From assembly GCA_041674405.1 (NCBI GenBank), contig JBAYVT010000002.1, forward strand, positions 60,001 to 92,000: 32,000 bases of DNA. Reading direction: 5' to 3'. Within the stretch, counting starts at the first letter, position 1. Each line of letters opens with the position of its first letter. Source of the DNA: Patescibacteria group bacterium (lineage in GTDB: Bacteria > Patescibacteriota > UBA1384 > XYA2-FULL-43-10). The position numbers and the translations under genes are program-made. Below are positions 9,172-18,828 of this stretch, in pieces. Under the pieces are notes generated by a model. It worked only from the letters and a program-made list of their open reading frames with translations, had not been told where the DNA came from and ran no database searches.

Positions 9172-10637
9172 AGTTTTGGCTTTTTAACATGATGATCTGT
9201 TGAATTTTCAAATGCACTGGCGACTTTAAAGATTTTACCTTCTCCATGCATTGGGCCGATTAGCTGCATACCGACCGGAAGGCCAGACTTGGTAAACCCG
9301 GCAGGTACGCTCATTGCCGGCACACCGGCAGGATTTATCGGCACGGTATTGGCATCGGCCAAATACATCGAGAGCGGATCATCCATCTTCTCCCCGATTT
9401 TGAAAGCCGGGAAAGGGGAGACCGGCGTTAAAAGAACATCATATTTTTGTAATACTTCCTCGTACTCTTTCTTGATTTTCGTTCGGACTTTAGCCGCCTT
9501 AAGATAATATGCATCGTAATAGCCAGAGGAGAGTGTATATGTACCCATCATAATCGAACGCTTTGCTTCATCCCCAAATCCGGCTGTTCTGGAATTGAAA
9601 TAGATTTCTTCCAAAGTTTTTAGTTTTTCGTTTTTAGTTTTTAGTTCGCTATAGCCATAACGAATTCCATCATATCTGGAAAGATTTGATGATGCTTCAG
9701 ATTTTGCGATTATATAGTATGTCGCAATCGCGTATTTAGTTGATGGCAATGATGTTTCCTCAACAATCGCACCCAATTTTTCTAGCTGGTGTTTCGCGTT
9801 TTCCAAAATTTCTGCTACCTCAGGATTTAATCCCTCACCATAAAACTCTTTTGGCACGCCGATTTTTACCCCTTTCAAATTTTTAGCAAGATACGAGGTA
9901 TAGTCGGGTAATGCTTCCTGTATCGTGGTTGAATCCTTCGGATCATTGCCGGCGATATGATTTAAGATAATTGCCGCATCTTCGACGGTTTTGGCAATTG
10001 GTCCGATAGTATCAAAACTTGAAGCATAGCTTACCACTCCGTTTCTAGAGACTAGCCCATAGGTTACCTTAAGTCCGACTGTTGAGCAAAAGCTGGATGG
10101 CTGGCGTATTGAGCCTCCGGTATCGGTTCCTAGTGAAAAAACGCACTCGTCAGCAGCAACGGCAGCTGCCGATCCTCCCGACGAACCACCGGGAACTCGG
10201 TCCAAATCCCAGGGATTATGCGTCGGTCCAAAATACGAGGTTTCTGTCGATGAGCCCATCGTAAATTCATCTGTATTCACTTTCCCGAGAAGTATACAAC
10301 CGGCATCCTTAAGTTTTTTAACAACCGTTGCGTCGTGAGGAGGAATAAAATCTTCGAGTATTTTTGAGGCTGCAGTTGTCTTTATTCCCTTCGTTAAAAA
10401 CACATCCTTGAGCGCTATCGGAATCCCGTCGAGTTCACTTAAAATTTTGCCAGCAGCTCTGCGCTTGTCAGACTCCTTCGCCTCATTGAGAGCGGATTCT
10501 TTTGTAATCGTAATATATGATTTTACTTTCGGTTCCACGCTTTCAATCCGTTCGAAAATTGCTTCTGTTAATCTGGCTGAGGTGATTTCTCCGCTTGAAA
10601 GCTTGTCTATTGCCTGTTTTAGAGTTAAAGAATGCAT
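9168..10637 (-). CDS. gatA: Aspartyl/glutamyl-tRNA amidotransferase subunit A
   Basis: Amidase signature GGSSGGSAAAVAADECVFSLGTDTGGSIRQPSSFC; catalytic Lys in GIPIALKDVF. Confidence 0.98.
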   Translation of the reverse strand: MHSLTLKQAIDKLSSGEITSARLTEAIFERIESVEPKVKSYITITKESALNEAKESDKRRAAGKILSELDGIPIALKDVFLTKGIKTTAASKILEDFIPPHDATVVKKLKDAGCILLGKVNTDEFTMGSSTETSYFGPTHNPWDLDRVPGGSSGGSAAAVAADECVFSLGTDTGGSIRQPSSFCSTVGLKVTYGLVSRNGVVSYASSFDTIGPIAKTVEDAAIILNHIAGNDPKDSTTIQEALPDYTSYLAKNLKGVKIGVPKEFYGEGLNPEVAEILENAKHQLEKLGAIVEETSLPSTKYAIATYYIIAKSEASSNLSRYDGIRYGYSELKTKNEKLKTLEEIYFNSRTAGFGDEAKRSIMMGTYTLSSGYYDAYYLKAAKVRTKIKKEYEEVLQKYDVLLTPVSPFPAFKIGEKMDDPLSMYLADANTVPINPAGVPAMSVPAGFTKSGLPVGMQLIGPMHGEGKIFKVASAFENSTDHHVKKPKL

Positions 10638-10949
10638 TTAGATTTCCTCATCACCATTAGCAAAAACGCCTGGAACTTTGAAAGATTTGGACTCAAATTC
10701 CGGTGCATTTAGCTCTATTTCGGCATATCCTATTTCCGATCTTTCAACTATGTCTTCGCGAGAAATATTGGTTAGTCCGGTAACCTGAGCAGTCGGTTCG
10801 ACATTTTCCGTATTTACTTCGGACAGCTGGTCAACATATTCTAAAACGCTAGAGAGCTGTCGAGCAAACTTGTCTTTTTCCGGTTCGGAAAGATTCAGCC
10901 GTGCCAATTTGGCAATATATTCAACATCGGTTTTGGATAATTTCGCCAT
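10638..10949 (-). CDS. gatC: Aspartyl/glutamyl-tRNA amidotransferase subunit C
   Basis: MAKLSKTDVEYIAKLARLNLSEPEKDKFARQLSSVLEYVDQLSEVNTENVEPTAQVTG; directly upstream of gatA. Confidence 0.95.
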   Translation of the reverse strand: MAKLSKTDVEYIAKLARLNLSEPEKDKFARQLSSVLEYVDQLSEVNTENVEPTAQVTGLTNISREDIVERSEIGYAEIELNAPEFESKSFKVPGVFANGDEEI

Positions 10950-11031
10950 AAACAAAAAAATATTAGCTCTTAGAAACCTAAACCGATCTTAGCACTATTC
11001 GTTTCTAGGTTCAAGCAACCAATTGCTATTT

Positions 11032-12411
11032 TTAAATCCTCTGGCAATCAAAAACAACAGGATATTTATTATCAAAACAAGCTGAACAAAATCCTGTATT
11101 ACCAGAAGCTCGATGTAGCCCATCTAGGCTCAAATAATGCACTCCCTCTACTCCGAGGTATTTTTCCAGTGCCGGCAAATCAAGTTTGGAGGCAATTAAT
11201 TCCTCTTCTTTTGCCATATCAATGCCATAGTAACACGGGTGTTTTACTGGTGGGCTCGCTACAATTATTCGGATTTCCTTTGCACCGGCTTCGCGTACCA
11301 TTTTTACGATTTCCTTAGATGTCGAGCCACGAACAATAGAATCATCAACCAGGCCAACTCGCTTGCCATTGATTAATTTTTTTAACACATTTAATTTCAA
11401 ACGTACTCCCGAGATCCTGACTGAACTTGAAGGATCAATAAAAAGACGTTTTGCTTGGGGTGTTTTAATGATTCCCCTGCCATATGAGACACCCGAGGCG
11501 CTGTGAAATCCAATTGCCGATGCGATTCCTGAGTCTGGAATTGGAACAATAATATCTAGCTTCTTTTTTAATATCTGATTTTCTTCAAATAAAATTTTCC
11601 CTAATTTATGGCGAAACATTTCATTCGGAGTACCGTTCAAAATACTATCCGGCCTTGATAAATATATTTTCTCAAAAACACAAAAACTAACCTTACTTCC
11701 TCCATGCAAATATTTACTGGATATTATCTTTCCACTGGAGAAAACTAGCATAGTGCCCGCCCCAACCTCCTTTATATTTTTTGCACCCATTTGATCCAGA
11801 GCACAAGTTTCAGAAGCAAGCATAAAAATAGTTTCTTCGTTAGTTTTTGCCCTCCCATAAAAAAGAGGCCTGATTCCTTTCGGATCACGTACAGCGATTA
11901 ATTTTTTAGCGGTTAAAACAAGAAGAGAAAAGGATCCACAAATTCGATTACAAGTTTCAGCGACTGCTTGTTCAATAGTTTTTTCATTTGAATGCGCAAT
12001 CAACGATGCAATTAATTCTGTGTCGCTATCTCCTGATAACTTAATTCGGCGGCTTATCATTTCTTGGCGTAATTTAGAACTATCAATATTGCCGTTATGA
12101 ACAACTGAAACATGATATTTTCCTCTTTTTTCAACTGGCTGGGCATTTTCTATAACTGATCCTCCGGTTGTCGAATAACGATTTTGCCCGACTGCAATAT
12201 TGCCGGTAAGCGGAGTAATAGTTTCTTGGCGAAAAATTTCGCTTACCAGTCCTTGTTTTTTGTATGTCTTGATTCTTTTGCCGTTTGATACCGAAATTCC
12301 AGCAGATTCTTGTCCCCGGCCCTGAATACTCTGAAGACCAATAACAAGAAGGCTTGCCAACATGAATGAATCCTTATTTTTTTCGGATATCGCTCCAACT
12401 ATTCCACACAT
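11032..12411 (-). CDS. purF: Amidophosphoribosyltransferase
   Basis: MCGIVGAI N-terminal Cys of the class II glutamine amidotransferase domain; PRPP-binding loop VGLVDDSIVRGSTSKEI. Confidence 0.95.
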   Translation of the reverse strand: MCGIVGAISEKNKDSFMLASLLVIGLQSIQGRGQESAGISVSNGKRIKTYKKQGLVSEIFRQETITPLTGNIAVGQNRYSTTGGSVIENAQPVEKRGKYHVSVVHNGNIDSSKLRQEMISRRIKLSGDSDTELIASLIAHSNEKTIEQAVAETCNRICGSFSLLVLTAKKLIAVRDPKGIRPLFYGRAKTNEETIFMLASETCALDQMGAKNIKEVGAGTMLVFSSGKIISSKYLHGGSKVSFCVFEKIYLSRPDSILNGTPNEMFRHKLGKILFEENQILKKKLDIIVPIPDSGIASAIGFHSASGVSYGRGIIKTPQAKRLFIDPSSSVRISGVRLKLNVLKKLINGKRVGLVDDSIVRGSTSKEIVKMVREAGAKEIRIIVASPPVKHPCYYGIDMAKEEELIASKLDLPALEKYLGVEGVHYLSLDGLHRASGNTGFCSACFDNKYPVVFDCQRI

Positions 12412-12594
12412 GGTAATCCTTTTGTAATTAAAACTAAATCATCCCAATTTCATCTTATATCTTTTACCCTGAAATACAAAAAATGCATTAAAATTTTGTG
12501 CACATTTTTTGTTCTCCTAGATGATTTGATATTTAAATCGGGAAAATTTGATTAAGGGAAGATATATATCCTAACCAAAATAAATCAGAGCGAT

Positions 12595-12620
12595 TGACAA
12601 AACTACCCTTATGTTATAAT
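12595..12620 (+). promoter_or_regulatory. Putative promoter of the GC-rich island
   Basis: Perfect extended -10 TGTTATAAT (TATAAT at 12615-12620). A TTGACA at 12595-12600 lies only 14 nt upstream, so its role as the -35 is uncertain. Confidence 0.5.
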
Positions 12621-12671
12621 ATTCCAAGTTGGACTCATACACCGACATACAGGCTACAGGAGGAGATGTTC

Positions 12672-13259
12672 GTGATCGACAAAGTTAGAGAGTTCAAACC
12701 ATGGGAGAAGCCGAGGGCTGACGGGAAGCACAGCATCAGCTTCTTGATCGGGTTTCGTGCCGTACTTGCGATCCCGATCCAGCACTATGACGCCGTTCTC
12801 GGCGGTCTCTACTGCGTCGCCGTCCTCCTGCTTAGAGAGGATGGGGACCATGAGATCAGAGACCGGTCGAGCGGGCTCTTGGAAATCTTGGCAGGCCGAG
12901 AACAGGATAACCTGCCACTTTCCGATCCGGCCAAGCTCGAGATGTTGGTCGGGGTCCTGTCTTCGATCTCATCCAACTCGACCGCCTACCGGCTGTACAG
13001 GAACACGGCAACCCGCAGGGTCGTGATCGTCCGCGAGGAAGGCGAAATCGGCGAAGGGGCTACAGAGAAACCTGAGAAAAGACCAGCAGGCATCGCTGCC
13101 TGGTCCGTCGAAAGGTTCAATGAATGTCTCGCTCGTGGCCACCACCGGTTCGAGGGACGCATTCTGGTGAACAACCGAGGGGGCCAGCCTTACGAGCTGA
13201 TGGTGTGCACTGACTGCAGAGTCACGATCGCAGCGATGCAAGTGATCCCGGGCAAATAG
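12672..13259 (+). CDS. Hypothetical protein with C-terminal Cys/His motif, GC-rich gene
   Basis: AGGAGG at 12658-12663 with 8 nt spacing to GTG at 12672 (ATG at 12666 is an alternative); own terminator; C-terminus has CLARGHHRF...CTDC. Confidence 0.7.
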   Translation: MIDKVREFKPWEKPRADGKHSISFLIGFRAVLAIPIQHYDAVLGGLYCVAVLLLREDGDHEIRDRSSGLLEILAGREQDNLPLSDPAKLEMLVGVLSSISSNSTAYRLYRNTATRRVVIVREEGEIGEGATEKPEKRPAGIAAWSVERFNECLARGHHRFEGRILVNNRGGQPYELMVCTDCRVTIAAMQVIPGK

Positions 13260-13281
13260 CCCAAGAAGGAGGATAGAGCCG

Positions 13282-13316
13282 AGCGGCCCCGATTCAATTC
13301 GGGGTCGTTCTGCGTT
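13282..13316 (+). terminator. Putative terminator after the first island gene
   Basis: CGGCCCCGA-TTCAAT-TCGGGGTCG stem (13282-13305) followed by a weak TTTT. Confidence 0.6.
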
Positions 13317-13394
13317 TTATCCACAGCAATATTTTTGACAGCGGTATATATCAAGTGGTAAGTCTAAAATAGATCGTATTACTTCCGCATCGGG

Positions 13395-13796
13395 GTGATT
13401 TTGATGGGAAGTTCGTCAGGTCGGCGTCGACGCCCGTCTTCGGTATGGAAGCAAGCATACCGCGCGAATGGTAAAGCTCACAAGCTCACCAAGTCGGGCG
13501 AAGACGAGAAGGCTGCCGAGGCGTTTTACCAGAAGGTAGGCTGTGTCTGCGAGACATCGCTTACCCCAGGCTTTACGCAATGGCAATGGGATCCTGTCGT
13601 AGAAGCCGTCTCGGTATCTCTAGCACACCCGCCGAAGAAAGAACGGCACAAGCGACTCCATGTTCCTCCAGACGTACTGGAGGAATACATCAGAGGGAAC
13701 GGCTTTTCAAGCCGCGAAAGGAACTTCCTTCTGAAGCGCCTTCGGCAAGTACTTCGGTACCGAGAGAAAGGCGCTCCCCAACCTTACGTTCGGTAG
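13395..13796 (+). CDS. Hypothetical protein, small and basic, GC-rich gene
   Basis: 133 aa ORF starting at GTG 13395 (ATG at 13404 alternative); same composition as its neighbour; followed by a strong hairpin. Confidence 0.6.
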   Translation: MILMGSSSGRRRRPSSVWKQAYRANGKAHKLTKSGEDEKAAEAFYQKVGCVCETSLTPGFTQWQWDPVVEAVSVSLAHPPKKERHKRLHVPPDVLEEYIRGNGFSSRERNFLLKRLRQVLRYREKGAPQPYVR

Positions 13797-13828
13797 GCAA
13801 CCCTACTCTATCAACCCCGCAGTAACCT

Positions 13829-13867
13829 CGCGCGGGCCATCCGTGGCTCGCGCGTTCCCCGTTTTTT
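13829..13867 (+). terminator. Putative terminator after the second island gene
   Basis: 11 bp stem CGCGCGGGCCA-TCCG-TGGCTCGCGCG (one G-T pair, 13829-13854), then TTCCCCGTTTTTT. Confidence 0.65.
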
Positions 13868-13878
13868 AGTACAAAATT

Positions 13879-16595
<2,717 letters not shown>

Positions 16596-16602
16596 AGCCG
16601 TA

Positions 16603-17505
16603 TTATACGCTCATCTTGTTAAGCGCAGCAATTCTTTCTGAAATCGGCGGATGGGTGGAAAATATTTTTTGAAAATACGATTCTTTCTTTCCAAACGGAT
16701 CAGAAATATAAAGATGAGCGGTGGCACCGGAAACTTTTCGCATTGGGCGTGAATATCCGCCAATCTTTTTTAATGCTCCCGCCAAACCTTCGGGATAACG
16801 GGTCAGAAGTGCTCCGGATGAGTCGGCCAAGAATTCCCGTTTTCTCGAAATTGCCAGCTGAATTAACGTTGCCGCAATCGGAGCCAAGATTGCTGCCACA
16901 AGAGCCACTATTAAGAGAATCGCCTGAAGCTGTCCATCACCCCCCGAATCACGATTTCTCCCCCCAAAACCAAACCATCGCGAACGCAGAAACAAGTCTG
17001 ATAATAAGGTAATGACACCAACCAAAACGACGACAATCATCATAAGGCGTGTGTCATAATTGCCAACATGCGATAATTCGTGCGCAATCACACCTTCCAA
17101 TTCGTTTTTATCAAGGATATCCAAAAGTCCTGTAGTTACTGCCAAAGACGCATGTTTAGGATCCCGACCAGTGGCAAAAGCATTCGGTGCATCGTCGGAA
17201 ATGATATAAATCTCCGGCATCGGAAGGCCCGCTGTAATGGTAAGATTTTCAACAATGCGAAATAATGGCTCATTGCTTTTGCGATTAAGCTTTTGCGCCC
17301 CAGATATTGATAATGCAATTTTGTCACCAGAAAAATAACTCAAAAGCCCTTGAATTAAGGCTATCACAATCGCGAAGTACAGAATAACCGGCGAGTTGAA
17401 AGCATAAGAAAAAACAAAACCAAGAGCAATGACAATAACAACGAAGAATAACAAAAGTATTCCCGACCTCCATTTATTGGTATCGATGTTTTGATAGATT
17501 GTCAT
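16603..17505 (-). CDS. htpX: HtpX-like membrane zinc metalloprotease
   Basis: HELSH (HExxH) in LEGVIAHELSHVGNYDTRLM, multiple TM segments, AISRKREFLADSSGALLTRYP. Confidence 0.95.
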   Translation of the reverse strand: MTIYQNIDTNKWRSGILLLFFVVIVIALGFVFSYAFNSPVILYFAIVIALIQGLLSYFSGDKIALSISGAQKLNRKSNEPLFRIVENLTITAGLPMPEIYIISDDAPNAFATGRDPKHASLAVTTGLLDILDKNELEGVIAHELSHVGNYDTRLMMIVVVLVGVITLLSDLFLRSRWFGFGGRNRDSGGDGQLQAILLIVALVAAILAPIAATLIQLAISRKREFLADSSGALLTRYPEGLAGALKKIGGYSRPMRKVSGATAHLYISDPFGKKESYFQKIFSTHPPISERIAALNKMSV

Positions 17506-17511
17506 TACGAC

Positions 17512-17814
17512 CTAAAAAATTATGTGTTCAATTTTTTTGCCAACAACAGGAAGAGGTTTGATTTGGCCTTTTAGGGCTGCAATTATTCCAAGAATCATAA
17601 CTACAAGGTTGAAAAGTGCCAAAATCGGGCCGAGAACCCAACCTATCAGCGGGATAGCCAGCACAAAAGGAACCGCTGCCCACAAAAGAAGCAGGACCGT
17701 CCCTTGCTTTGCGTGATAAAAGACATAATCGTCATCACGATAAAATAAGAGTGGAATTACAACTAAAATTAGCAGATAACAAAGAACAGCAGCCATAATG
17801 CTAGTCTTTCTCAA
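17512..17814 (-). CDS. DUF4870-like small membrane protein
   Basis: YVFYHAKQGTVLLLLWAA... with TM helices, same general type as the adjacent gene. Confidence 0.65.
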   Translation of the reverse strand: MRKTSIMAAVLCYLLILVVIPLLFYRDDDYVFYHAKQGTVLLLLWAAVPFVLAIPLIGWVLGPILALFNLVVMILGIIAALKGQIKPLPVVGKKIEHIIF

Positions 17815-17841
17815 GGTAGCCTCCCGCTAAATTACAAAAAA

Positions 17842-18183
17842 TTATTTAATCAAGCGAATTGCAAATGGATATTTGTAATCTTCACCTTTGGATACGGCAA
17901 CAGCAGCCATGATGCAGAAGATCAAGTTGACGATCGCGACCGCTGAAACGATCAAAGTTCCGATCAAGATTATTGTCAAAATCCATCCAATGATATAGCC
18001 GATAAGCACCGTAATTTGGAAATTCAAAGCTTCCTTGGCTTGGTTTTTGACATAACCCTCTTCCGGTTTTGTAAGATAAATTACAAGCGGACCAATAAAC
18101 CCGATTACAATACCTAAAACATGTGCCAAAATTGCAAGAGTATTATCTTCGCTCTTGCTTGGCGCTGGTTTTTCTTCTGGCAT
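17842..18183 (-). CDS. DUF4870 family small membrane protein
   Basis: LAILAHVLGIVIGFIGPLVIYLTKPEEGYVKNQAKEALNFQITVLIGYIIGWIL is typical of DUF4870. Confidence 0.85.
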   Translation of the reverse strand: MPEEKPAPSKSEDNTLAILAHVLGIVIGFIGPLVIYLTKPEEGYVKNQAKEALNFQITVLIGYIIGWILTIILIGTLIVSAVAIVNLIFCIMAAVAVSKGEDYKYPFAIRLIK

Positions 18184-18209
18184 ACAAACTCCCTTAAATT
18201 ATTTAATAT

Positions 18210-18770
18210 TTAGCTAAAATTAACCTTAGCTGGCTGTTTCTCCGCTTCATTCTCAACTTCAAATAATTCCTTAGACTTAAAGCCAAACATCGAAGCAATA
18301 ATGTTCGAGGGGAAACTTTGGATAGCAATGTTTAGTTCGCGAACATTGCCATTGTAAAACCTGCGGGCAGCCTGAATTTTATCTTCTGTGTCTGTAAGCT
18401 CGTCCTGCAGTTTGCCAAAGTTTTCATTGGCTTTGAGCTGTGGGTAGTTTTCAGCAATTGCGAAAATTGATTTAAGGGCTTCGGAAATTTGATTTTCCGC
18501 CTTACCCTTTTCCGTAAGATTTCCAGCTTTAAGCGCATCTGCACGTGCCTTGGTCACATTTTCAAAAACTTCTTTTTCATGTTTTTCGTAACCTTTGACT
18601 GTTTCGACTAAGTTGGGAATCAGGTCATACCTACGTTTCAACTGAACATCAATATCACTCCACGCCTCTTCGGATCGAACTTTCAAGGTAACAAGCTTGT
18701 TGTAGCCAGCAATCAAAGCAATAAGTATTATTGCTACGATTATAATTATGATCCAAACAGCTATCGACAT
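18210..18770 (-). CDS. lemA: LemA family protein
   Basis: N-terminal TM followed by YNKLVTLKVRSEEAWSDIDVQLKRRYDLIPNLVETVKGYEKHE and RRFYNGNVRELN. Confidence 0.96.
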   Translation of the reverse strand: MSIAVWIIIIIVAIILIALIAGYNKLVTLKVRSEEAWSDIDVQLKRRYDLIPNLVETVKGYEKHEKEVFENVTKARADALKAGNLTEKGKAENQISEALKSIFAIAENYPQLKANENFGKLQDELTDTEDKIQAARRFYNGNVRELNIAIQSFPSNIIASMFGFKSKELFEVENEAEKQPAKVNFS

Positions 18771-18828
18771 AATATTCCTTTTTTATGAACTTCGTTCTAC
18801 AGACTCATAACTCAATATGCCTTAACTC

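Noticed and set aside
5702-10949. Reading the gatC-gatA-mazG-PPIase-HEPN-gatB train as a hidden defence island
   Set aside because: The core genes are housekeeping and translationally coupled; MazG-like and PPIase genes are common in such operons, and no defence effector or sensor is identifiable.
12594-12665. Extended N-terminus of the first island ORF (MTKLPLCYNIPSWTHTPTYRLQEE)
   Set aside because: This stretch overlaps the probable -10 element and lies before the AGGAGG SD at 12658-12663; translation more likely starts at GTG 12672 or ATG 12666.
12654-13241. Antisense and alternative-frame ORFs in the GC-rich island (12654..12851 -, 12757..13026 +, 12969..13241 -, 12986..13174 -)
   Set aside because: Overlapping shadow ORFs are expected in GC-rich DNA; they lack matching SD, promoter or terminator signals.
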